Of a stretch of 64,000 nt of DNA, positions 44,475 to 53,676 are shown one piece after another. The notes under the pieces are model-generated. The model was given only the letters and a program-made list of their open reading frames with translations, was not told the origin of the DNA and did not search any database. Numbering within the stretch: position 1 is the first letter of the stretch; the number at the start of each line of letters is the position of its first letter. The translations under genes and the position numbers were made by a program. This DNA comes from a virus: IMG/VR virus record IMGVR_UViG_3300021961_000038, positions 1 to 64,000 of that record. One strand, given 5' to 3'.

Positions 44475-47400
44475 TGTCTCAAAAAGTTGCAGGTGCTTCG
44501 GGCAGAACTAAAGATGCAGGCTTCATCGACAAAGCCAACAGTGTTGGAACCGCCAAAGGAAAAACAGGAGTAGTTACAGGTGCTTCTAAATCTGTAGGAA
44601 CAATGACAAATGTTCAAACAAATACAGGTGAAGCAATCAGTATGCCAAAGTCTATCAAGGTAGACAATCGAAATCCATTCGGAACAAAATCATTTACCGA
44701 CGAAGAAACAGGAGAAACAATCACAACCGACCGCGATGTCCATATGGCAGACTTTGATATGGAAATGAAGGGAGGTTATAATGTTCTTCACAATTATAAT
44801 TTGTACAATTATGTTATAACTCTATCAAGTTTAAGTAATTTAGAGGTTAAAGATCCTTCATCATATAAAAAAGGCGGCGTCGAAGGTGCCGATAGATTTA
44901 TTATATCACGTTCCGGCGGTTATGCAAGATCCAATGAAGCCACTGTCAATGTTGACTTGTCAGTTGATGGCAACACTGTATGGTATAGAGATAACAATCA
45001 TTTTAAAGACAGCGGCAATCGTCACCTTGATCTTTTTATAGACAATGTACAATTTAAAACCTTTATGGGAATAAATGGTCCTACCGGAAGTAATATGACC
45101 TCAGGATCTTTTGAAATTACAGAACCACACGGAGTGGGAGGGTTTTATGAGGCGTTATATAGTGCGGCAAAGTTTTCAGGACATAAAAGTTATTTGGCGG
45201 CACCCTTTTTATTAACAATTGAATTTATTGGAAGAAAGACCCAACTGAATTCTGGTGATATAACAACACTAGAAAATGTTCCAAGATCAACAAGACACTT
45301 TCCAATAATGATCACAAAAAGTAATATGAAAGTTGATGCGGGAGGTGCCAAATATAACGTAGAATTTGTTTCTAGAAGCCATCAAGAAGCAAACAAAGCC
45401 ACGGTAACACAGTTAAAAGACAACATCAATGGTCCTGGAACAGTAAAACAAACGGTTGGCTTGGTATTATATGATTTATTTTTGAAACTTAATTTCCAAG
45501 AAAACAAAAGAATGGACGACGCCAAAGGCGAAAGTGCATTAGGATTTAAAAAACCTCAACAGGTTGACGAAAAAGTAAAAGCATCACGTGAGGCCGCGGC
45601 CACTGCCGCCAAGGATGCCGGTTTAATAGTTCAACCTTTTCTAGAGCATAAATGGTGTGTATGGTTCCCTGAAGCATATCCTAACGAGGAGTTTTCGTTA
45701 AAGGGATTAAGTTATGAAACTTGGATTACAGCAGAAATTGATATGCTTAACATAAAAGAAAAAACATACAATCAATATAACAGTAAGGAAAATCAATTAA
45801 AATTTGAAATGGCATACAAAAATAAATTCAGTGACTCTCCTATGAGAGAAGATGAATTTACATACTCTGGTCATTTTGAAGTACCTGATATTGAAAACTT
45901 TGTTGAAGAACAAAAGAACGTTGTTGATAAAGACCTTGCTCCTAAATTAAAAGTTGCCCAGGATGAAGCAACACTGGCAAAAACATCTATTGCAAAATTA
46001 GAAGAAGAAATAGACGAAGAAAGTAAAAAAACAGGATTTAGTATTAAAATGGATGTAGAACCAGAAGGTGAAGGCAGTTACTATTACATTGGTAATGATC
46101 CTGAAGCCGTACTTGCAGGTTCAAAAGGAAGTCAATACACAATATCCGATCCCGGAGATGTAAAACAACCAACAGTGTACGAAGCACGAGAAAAATTACA
46201 ACAATTAATTGATAAACTTAATAAAGAAAGAGAAAGATTAAACAAAGCGGAAAGAGATATTAGAAGTTTAGAAAGCAGATACAAAACTATTAAAGAGAGC
46301 GTCAACACACAAACAACGCAAAAATACAAACGTTACGGTGACAATGCTAAAACTTGGAACTGGAAAAAAGGATCAACATTAGATTCAAATATTCATATGA
46401 CTATATTAGATAGTTCATATGCTACACTATTGCAAAAATCAGGTGAAGTGTTAAACAAAATTAAAACATCTCACTACATACCTTGGTATAAAATTGAAAA
46501 ATATGCTGTACAGCGTGGATACGACACTTATTATAATCAACCTGTTTATACATTTCATTATTGTATTGTTCCTTATGAACTACATTACAGCAAGATAGCC
46601 GCACAGTACGGAATCGCTGGTGCATATAACTATGATAAAGCATACAAAAATGCTGTAAGAGAATACAATTATATTTTTACTGGAAAAAATATTGATGTAC
46701 TAAATTTTGATTTAGAATATAATAATTTATTTTTTCAAGCAAGTACAAAAGCAGAGGATCAACAAGCAAAAGGTGAGACAGCACCACAGGCAGAAGAAAA
46801 ACCAAAACCGGTTTATAATACAGAGCCATTAAAATCTATTTTTGCTGAACTTAACATGGTTACTGGCGGTGCCGGTGCGGCATCACAAGAGATGGCGGCC
46901 ACAGGAGGAAATAGTGCTAGTGGAATGCCGGCTGATAGCGGAACACAAATTGCAAAAATATTGCATGACAGTTTATACAATGCAACTGAAAAAGGTTTAT
47001 TAAATGCACAATTACAAATTATTGGAGACCCTGTTTATCTAATTGGTTCGGGAATAGATGCTAGACCGCAACTAACAGGACAAAACAGTGAAACAATTGA
47101 AGGAGAGGCAAATATTTTTAGTAGAGAGTGTGACATTATTTTTAATTTTAGATTTCCCGGCGATTATCCAACGGCTAATGAACTTGCTGGAGGGTCGAAG
47201 TTTGTTGCTATGCCTCAACAGTCAAGATACAGCGGTTTATATCAAGTAGCCACAGTTGAAAATTTTTTAGGCGGAGGCGAATTTAAACAAACACTACAAC
47301 TATTAAGACGACCTAATCAAAAATCTGATTACGCACAACCTGTTGAAGAAGCAACAGTTCAATTAGATGAAGTTAAAAATCCTTTACTGGATAAAGGTGA

Positions 47401-47782
47401 TCCTGCACAACAAGATAAGATGGGAGAAAAACCTGTTACAGAATTAAAAGGAAAATCAGATCGTATAAGTCAAGAAGAACTTGCAAAAGCATCTGAAGTT
47501 GGACCTTTAAAAGCAACAGGAAACTTTATATCAAAAACAGCAACCGAGATTGGTAGCGGAATAAGTCAGGTTGCTGGAGGTGTTGGTACTGTTATTACCG
47601 GCGTAGGCGGAGCAATTACAGGAACAATAGGTCAGATTGTTAATACAGTCAAAGGTGCTGGTAGTAATGTAGAAGGACAAATAACTAGTGTAACAGGAAA
47701 AAATGTTTCCGGTGGAAACACAACAACAAGTCTTGTTGATAAAGCAAAATCAGTCGAAAACACAACTGGAGGACCTAGATAA
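44474..47782 (+). CDS. Baseplate hub protein, gp27/GpD-like, enlarged (1,102 aa)
   Basis: Position between gp53 and gp5; FEITEP.G, APFLLTIEF.G, REYNYIFTGKN.DVLNFDL, LQIIGDP..L, YSGLYQV..VEN...GG.F.Q.L.L.R. Confidence 0.6.
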   Translation: MSQKVAGASGRTKDAGFIDKANSVGTAKGKTGVVTGASKSVGTMTNVQTNTGEAISMPKSIKVDNRNPFGTKSFTDEETGETITTDRDVHMADFDMEMKGGYNVLHNYNLYNYVITLSSLSNLEVKDPSSYKKGGVEGADRFIISRSGGYARSNEATVNVDLSVDGNTVWYRDNNHFKDSGNRHLDLFIDNVQFKTFMGINGPTGSNMTSGSFEITEPHGVGGFYEALYSAAKFSGHKSYLAAPFLLTIEFIGRKTQLNSGDITTLENVPRSTRHFPIMITKSNMKVDAGGAKYNVEFVSRSHQEANKATVTQLKDNINGPGTVKQTVGLVLYDLFLKLNFQENKRMDDAKGESALGFKKPQQVDEKVKASREAAATAAKDAGLIVQPFLEHKWCVWFPEAYPNEEFSLKGLSYETWITAEIDMLNIKEKTYNQYNSKENQLKFEMAYKNKFSDSPMREDEFTYSGHFEVPDIENFVEEQKNVVDKDLAPKLKVAQDEATLAKTSIAKLEEEIDEESKKTGFSIKMDVEPEGEGSYYYIGNDPEAVLAGSKGSQYTISDPGDVKQPTVYEAREKLQQLIDKLNKERERLNKAERDIRSLESRYKTIKESVNTQTTQKYKRYGDNAKTWNWKKGSTLDSNIHMTILDSSYATLLQKSGEVLNKIKTSHYIPWYKIEKYAVQRGYDTYYNQPVYTFHYCIVPYELHYSKIAAQYGIAGAYNYDKAYKNAVREYNYIFTGKNIDVLNFDLEYNNLFFQASTKAEDQQAKGETAPQAEEKPKPVYNTEPLKSIFAELNMVTGGAGAASQEMAATGGNSASGMPADSGTQIAKILHDSLYNATEKGLLNAQLQIIGDPVYLIGSGIDARPQLTGQNSETIEGEANIFSRECDIIFNFRFPGDYPTANELAGGSKFVAMPQQSRYSGLYQVATVENFLGGGEFKQTLQLLRRPNQKSDYAQPVEEATVQLDEVKNPLLDKGDPAQQDKMGEKPVTELKGKSDRISQEELAKASEVGPLKATGNFISKTATEIGSGISQVAGGVGTVITGVGGAITGTIGQIVNTVKGAGSNVEGQITSVTGKNVSGGNTTTSLVDKAKSVENTTGGPR

Positions 47783-49710
47783 TGCCATTTTATGATAAAG
47801 GAGCAAAGTCAGGAAAAGTATCAGCGGCTAGAGTTTCTCGTCAGGAAAACAAACAAAAACTAACTGATAGTCCTATACTAATAGGTGTTGTTGAGTCAAC
47901 GACAGACTTTACAAAAACTGGAACTTTTAGAGTAAGTTTATTTTCAACATCAAAACAAACTGATAGAACACAAGCAATAGGACAAGCATCTGTTAGGATG
48001 TTATTTCCTTTTTATAGTTTAAAAGATTATAGAAATTCCGGGGACAATCCTCAACGCTTTGGTGACACACAACAAGCATATGGAATGGTGTTTCCAGCAC
48101 CACAAATAGGAACCAAAGGAATAGTGTTATGTGTAGATGGTAACACATCTAATGCTTATTGGTGCGGATACTTACATGAAGAGGGAATGAATCATGCACT
48201 ACCAGATTATGCTAACTCAACAAGTATTACTGCTGACAATCAAACATATAATTCTTATAGTTCTGCAACAGGATTACCTGCAGGTGAATACCTAAAAAAA
48301 CAAGCAGTCGGACAAGTTGCAAACGGCGACGAAAGAAGACCAATTCATCCTTTTGCAGATGTGTTGCGTTCTCAAGGATTATTAGTTGACACTATTAGAG
48401 GTTCAACAACATCAAGTTTTTCTAGAGACACATCGAACAGAATGTTTGGTATTAACACACCAGGTGCATTAAGTAATGATCCTTTTGATAAAAAATTAGT
48501 AGGACCAAACAAAACAAAATTTAAAGTTACTCCTATGGGAGGCCATGTTTTTGTAATGGATGATGGTGATGAACAAGGTCTTAATAATTTAGTAAGATTG
48601 CGTTCTAGAAGTGGCCATCAAATTTTATTGCATGATACAGATGATTTAATCTATATTGGTAATGCTAAAGGAACAGCGTGGATTGAATTGACAGCAGATG
48701 GAAAGATAGATGTATTTGCATCAGACAGTGTTAGTATTCATTCTAAAGCAGACTTTAATTTTGTTGCTGATAGAGATATTAATTTTGAAGCAAAAAGAAA
48801 TATTAATTACAAAGCCGCAAATAGATTTTATATGGAAGGCAGTAAACTAAGATTACTTGCAAGAAATGATGCAACTATTGAGGTTAGAGGAACTGTCGAC
48901 TTACGTGCAACAGATACAAGGATAGACATTAATAATCTACACCTAAACACACTTAATACTGATTGGGTCAATAGACATAAACTGAGAATGAAATCAGCAA
49001 ACTTTGATTTATCCGCAGTTAACACAGCAAGAATTACCGCTTCTGAAAATATTGATCTAAGTGCAAACACACCTCAAACTTTTGCTACGGATCATGTAAT
49101 AGGTAGAGTTTATCATCCTGGTTACCAAGTTATAGGAGAAGGTTACAGTGGGTTTGGTATCTATCAGTGTACAGACAGAAATATCAAATATCCTGAAAGA
49201 ACAGTTATTAATCCTAATGATGATGGTGCGGCAGATTTCTGGGAAGTTGTTCCTTGGGAAGAATCATTTACAGTAACAAATGAAGGAACACCAAGATATG
49301 ACATAAGATTAGATTCTTCAGGAGCAGTACCAGGACAAATACATATGTTAACCAACGGACAAATTTATGTTTCTACAGATGACAATATTAATGTAAAAAC
49401 TCCGGCAACAGTTTACATTGATGGAACACAAGCAGTGCATTTAAATTTACCAGGTGCCATTGATGCATCGGCGGCACTATCGGCTAGTGAAGCGTTAGCA
49501 ACGCCAGGTAAGCCAACACAAGATTTACCTGTGTGGTCTAATCCTAATACAGATCCAACAGCAAAATGGGACGAATTTAATTGGTATAAAGTTCCTGAAA
49601 CATTTGACATTGTTAAGAGAAAACCTGTGCATGAACCTTGGGTAAATCACGAAAACATATCCAAGTCTAGAAGTTCTACATCAAGCACAGACAGAGATTC
49701 GGGCAATTAA
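47782..49710 (+). CDS. gp5: Baseplate hub/central spike, gp5/VgrG-like, no lysozyme domain recognised
   Basis: OB-fold region (YGMVFPAPQIGT..IVL), GHVFVMDDG...LVRLRSRSGHQILLHD, WIELT.DGKID, beta-helix repeats, C-terminal P.HEPW..HE. Confidence 0.75.
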   Translation: MPFYDKGAKSGKVSAARVSRQENKQKLTDSPILIGVVESTTDFTKTGTFRVSLFSTSKQTDRTQAIGQASVRMLFPFYSLKDYRNSGDNPQRFGDTQQAYGMVFPAPQIGTKGIVLCVDGNTSNAYWCGYLHEEGMNHALPDYANSTSITADNQTYNSYSSATGLPAGEYLKKQAVGQVANGDERRPIHPFADVLRSQGLLVDTIRGSTTSSFSRDTSNRMFGINTPGALSNDPFDKKLVGPNKTKFKVTPMGGHVFVMDDGDEQGLNNLVRLRSRSGHQILLHDTDDLIYIGNAKGTAWIELTADGKIDVFASDSVSIHSKADFNFVADRDINFEAKRNINYKAANRFYMEGSKLRLLARNDATIEVRGTVDLRATDTRIDINNLHLNTLNTDWVNRHKLRMKSANFDLSAVNTARITASENIDLSANTPQTFATDHVIGRVYHPGYQVIGEGYSGFGIYQCTDRNIKYPERTVINPNDDGAADFWEVVPWEESFTVTNEGTPRYDIRLDSSGAVPGQIHMLTNGQIYVSTDDNINVKTPATVYIDGTQAVHLNLPGAIDASAALSASEALATPGKPTQDLPVWSNPNTDPTAKWDEFNWYKVPETFDIVKRKPVHEPWVNHENISKSRSSTSSTDRDSGN

Positions 49711-49730
49711 TATAGGGGTTAAATACAAGC

Positions 49731-50171
49731 ATGGCAAGATACAATGATATAAGAATTAAACCAAACCCAAATACGCTTGGTAACCAAGGCAGTAGAACCC
49801 AGGTTTACCGAGGCGTCAGCACGGTTAATCCTGATAACAGGAGTTTTACTACATATGATATTAATCTTATCAAGCAGGATATTATTAATCACTTTCATAT
49901 ACGCAAGGGTGAAAAGATTTATAATCCAGAATTTGGAACAATTATTTGGAACATTTTATTTGAGCCATTTACAAACGTTGTTAAAGAGGCAGTAGCGAAT
50001 GATGTTGCTGACATTTTAAACAGCGAACCAAGAATTACAGTAGATAGTTTAAACATAGTTGAAAAGGACTACGGACTTCAAATTTTAGCGTCTGTAACCT
50101 ATAAAACTTACAACATAAGTGAAACTTTACAGTTAAATTTTGACAGAGACAATGGGCTCATCTCGAATTAA
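49731..50171 (+). CDS. gp25: Baseplate wedge subunit, gp25 family
   Basis: LIKQDIINHFHIRKGEK..NPEFGT.IW..LFEP, EPRI. Confidence 0.9.
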   Translation: MARYNDIRIKPNPNTLGNQGSRTQVYRGVSTVNPDNRSFTTYDINLIKQDIINHFHIRKGEKIYNPEFGTIIWNILFEPFTNVVKEAVANDVADILNSEPRITVDSLNIVEKDYGLQILASVTYKTYNISETLQLNFDRDNGLISN

Positions 50172-50203
50172 CTGGGTAGTTAAAGATAAAGGTAAATATT
50201 GCT

Positions 50204-53200
50204 ATGGCAAGTAATAACAGACAGAATTCACTATTAGCGAACGAAGATTGGAGCAAGATTTATAAGTCTTTCACCGACGCTGATTTCACATCATATGATT
50301 TTCCTACTTTACGTAGAACAATGCTTACATATCTTCGTAACAATTATCCAGAAGATTTTAACGATTACATTGAATCAAGTGAATATCTTGCCTTAATAGA
50401 TCTTATAGCATTTTTAGGTCAAAGTATCTCTTATAGAATTGACTTAAATGCTAGGGAAAACTTTATTGAATTAGCAGAACAAAAAGATAGTGTTTTAAGA
50501 TTAGCAAGATTAGTAGGATATAACACAAAACGTAATCAGGGTGCAAGAGGATTACTAAAAGTTATCGGTGTGCAAACAACAGAAGGAGTACAAGATAGTT
50601 TAGGTGTTAGCCTTGCAAACAGATTTATTGTATGGAACGATGAAACAAACACAAACTGGTTAGAACAATTTCAAACAGTTTTAAATTCAGCAATGCCAGG
50701 ACAAATGGTAGTTGGTAAACCATCACAGTCAAATGTTGTCGGTGGAATTCAAACAGAACAATATAAACTTAACACAACAAACACTGATGTTCCTTTGTTT
50801 AACTTTTCTAAAACAATACAAGGAAGAAACGTTACATTTGAAATTGTTAGTGCGGGTGTTGAAAACTCAGATGTTACTGAAGAAACTCCAGTTTTAGGAA
50901 ACAGTGTTGGATTTTTATATAGAAATGACAAAAGAGGAAACAGTTCACCTAACACAGGATTTTTCTTTCATTTTAAACAAGGATCACTACAAAGTTCAGC
51001 ATTTACATTAAATGACCCAAGTCCAAACGAAATTGTAAATGTTGATGTTCCTAATATTAACAATTCTGATGTTTGGTTATGGCAAGTAGATAGATTCGGC
51101 AACTACACAAATCTATGGACAAAACTAGATTCTGTTTATGGAAGCAATGTTGTTTACAATTCTATCAATCAAAAAACAAGAACAATTTATAGTATTGCAA
51201 CTAGAGATCAAGATCAGGTTAGTTTAAATTTTGCTGACGGAAATTTTGGCGAATTACCAAAAGGTGATTTCCGTTTGTATTATAGAACTTCAAACGGGTT
51301 AAGTTACATAATATCTCCAACTAATATGCAAAACATTGTTATTGAAGTTCCTTATGTAAACAAGAACGGTGTTTCTCATACATTAATTGTACAGATGGGA
51401 TTACAATCTTCTGTAACAAATTCTTCTGCAACTGAAACAGTTGATTCGATTAGAGAAAATGCACCACAGGCATTCTACACACAAAACAGAATGATTACCG
51501 GTGAGGATTATAATACATATCCATTAACAAGTAATCAATCAATTATCAAAGCAAAAGCAGTTAATAGAGCAAGTTCAGGAATTTCAAGACAGTATGATAT
51601 TGCAGACCCAACAGGAAAATATTCAACAACTAATTTAATTGCTGACGATGGTATTTTATACAAAAATGATTTTGAAACTGATTTTACATTTACATTCCAA
51701 ACACGTAATGATGTATTGGGTGTATTAAGAAATAATATTGAACCTATTATTACAAGTTTGCCAACAAAAGCATTTTACTATGATAAGTTTCCAAGAATTA
51801 GTACAAGCGGTATTAATATTGATTGGGTGCATTCAACATCAGCATCGAGTTCATCAACGGGTTATTTCCGTAACAATGTAAACAATGCTCCAATTACAGT
51901 CGGAACGTTTACAAGTAACAACTTTAAATTTGTGCAATCAGATTCAATGATTAAATTTGTTCCACCTAGTGGAAGATACTTTTTGCCTAATGGTACACTA
52001 ACAACAGTTAGAGGAAAAACAACTTCCAATTATATTTGGGCAAAAGTTATTAATGTTGTAGGTGACGGTTCAAATGGCGGACTAGGTAATTTAGATGATG
52101 ATACAGGACCTGTAATTTTAAGTGAACAAATTCCTTCACTAGCAATACCAAGTGAAGTTATTCCTAATATTATTACAGATTTACCTACTGATATTGAAAC
52201 AGAAATTGTTGATCTAGTGTTTAACTACAAAACATTTGGTTTACGCTATGATCAGTCTAGTTTAACATGGAAAATTATTGCTAACGCTAACCTAAACACA
52301 AAAGAAGGCTTTAGTTTAGATCGACAAGGTGATACAACAGGAACCAAGTCAGATAAAAGTTGGTTTGTCTTATTTTCTAATGACGGTGAAACATATACTG
52401 TAACATATCGTGGATTAGATTATAGATTTGAAAGCGAAAATCTAATTCAATTCTTTGTTGATATTGGTAGTAAAAAGTTCAACAGTGAAACAGGTAAAGT
52501 AATTAAGGATCAGGTAAAAGTTCTTAAAGTAAATGAAGATCCAACACAGGATACAATTCTTGCAAAAGATTTCCAATGGGAAATTATTGCTCCTGTAACA
52601 AGTATTGATGGATATCAAGAAACTAATAAAATTGCAGTAAACTTTTATGATTCAGATGACGACGGAATGATAGATGATCCTGATTCTTTTATAAACATTG
52701 TTTCTCCTAATAATGTAGATAATAGAGGATATAAAAATAAATTTGTTTTCTTTCAAACATCAGTGGTTGGTAACAATACAATTACTTCTAAAGTAAGTTC
52801 AGACAACTTTGTAATTTTTGACAAAGAAGAAAAAGTAACACTAGCAAACTTTACAGATGGACAATTATTTTATTTTTATGATCAAACAGAAGATGTTGTA
52901 AAACAGTATAATGCAACACTAGGTTCTTTGGTTTTAAAAAATGATTATTATGCAAAACCAGGTCGAGATGCGATCAAGTTTCAGTATATTCATAATGCAG
53001 AAAACGATAGACGTTTAGATCCAAGTAAGACTAACATTATCGACCTGTATGTTTTAACAGATACATACGACAATCAATATAGATCATATATTAACGGTGG
53101 TGCGTCTAAACCAACTGCACCAACAACTGAACAACTTCGTATGCAGTTTGAAACTGAATTGAATAAAGTTAAAGCAATCAGTGATGAAATCATTTTCCAT

Positions 53201-53662
53201 AGTGTAAGATATAAATCATTATTTGGTGCGGATTCGGAAACAGCATTACAGGCAACATTTAAAGTTGTTAAATCGCCCGGAATAACTCTAAGTGATAACG
53301 AAATTAGATCAAATGTAATTGAGGCAATTAATGAATTCTTTACAATTGATAATTGGAATTTTGGAGATAGTTTTTATTTTACAGAATTAGCAACATATGT
53401 ACAAACCAAGTTAATACCTAATGTTGCAAACTTTGTGATAGTTCCAAGAAGTAGCAGTCAGACTTTTGGATCACTATTTCAGGTATCAAGCAGATCAGAC
53501 GAAATTTTTATTAGTACTGCAACTGTGGACAATGTTGAAATCATAGATAGCATAACAGCCGCTAACTTAAAAGCAGACGGTAATATTATTACCACAATCG
53601 ATCAGGTTACAGGCGGAGTTTCAATTGCTTCTGGAACCGCAACATCGAGCAGTGGTTACTAG
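50204..53662 (+). CDS. gp6: Baseplate wedge subunit, gp6 family (1,152 aa)
   Basis: SYDF.TLR, YPEDFNDYIESSE..ALID.IA, NARENF...AE...SVLRLARLVGY, FADG.FG..PKG, E..DSIR.NAP..FYTQNRMITGEDY. Confidence 0.9.
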   Translation: MASNNRQNSLLANEDWSKIYKSFTDADFTSYDFPTLRRTMLTYLRNNYPEDFNDYIESSEYLALIDLIAFLGQSISYRIDLNARENFIELAEQKDSVLRLARLVGYNTKRNQGARGLLKVIGVQTTEGVQDSLGVSLANRFIVWNDETNTNWLEQFQTVLNSAMPGQMVVGKPSQSNVVGGIQTEQYKLNTTNTDVPLFNFSKTIQGRNVTFEIVSAGVENSDVTEETPVLGNSVGFLYRNDKRGNSSPNTGFFFHFKQGSLQSSAFTLNDPSPNEIVNVDVPNINNSDVWLWQVDRFGNYTNLWTKLDSVYGSNVVYNSINQKTRTIYSIATRDQDQVSLNFADGNFGELPKGDFRLYYRTSNGLSYIISPTNMQNIVIEVPYVNKNGVSHTLIVQMGLQSSVTNSSATETVDSIRENAPQAFYTQNRMITGEDYNTYPLTSNQSIIKAKAVNRASSGISRQYDIADPTGKYSTTNLIADDGILYKNDFETDFTFTFQTRNDVLGVLRNNIEPIITSLPTKAFYYDKFPRISTSGINIDWVHSTSASSSSTGYFRNNVNNAPITVGTFTSNNFKFVQSDSMIKFVPPSGRYFLPNGTLTTVRGKTTSNYIWAKVINVVGDGSNGGLGNLDDDTGPVILSEQIPSLAIPSEVIPNIITDLPTDIETEIVDLVFNYKTFGLRYDQSSLTWKIIANANLNTKEGFSLDRQGDTTGTKSDKSWFVLFSNDGETYTVTYRGLDYRFESENLIQFFVDIGSKKFNSETGKVIKDQVKVLKVNEDPTQDTILAKDFQWEIIAPVTSIDGYQETNKIAVNFYDSDDDGMIDDPDSFINIVSPNNVDNRGYKNKFVFFQTSVVGNNTITSKVSSDNFVIFDKEEKVTLANFTDGQLFYFYDQTEDVVKQYNATLGSLVLKNDYYAKPGRDAIKFQYIHNAENDRRLDPSKTNIIDLYVLTDTYDNQYRSYINGGASKPTAPTTEQLRMQFETELNKVKAISDEIIFHSVRYKSLFGADSETALQATFKVVKSPGITLSDNEIRSNVIEAINEFFTIDNWNFGDSFYFTELATYVQTKLIPNVANFVIVPRSSSQTFGSLFQVSSRSDEIFISTATVDNVEIIDSITAANLKADGNIITTIDQVTGGVSIASGTATSSSGY

Positions 53663-53676
53663 AAGGTAATTGAAAG

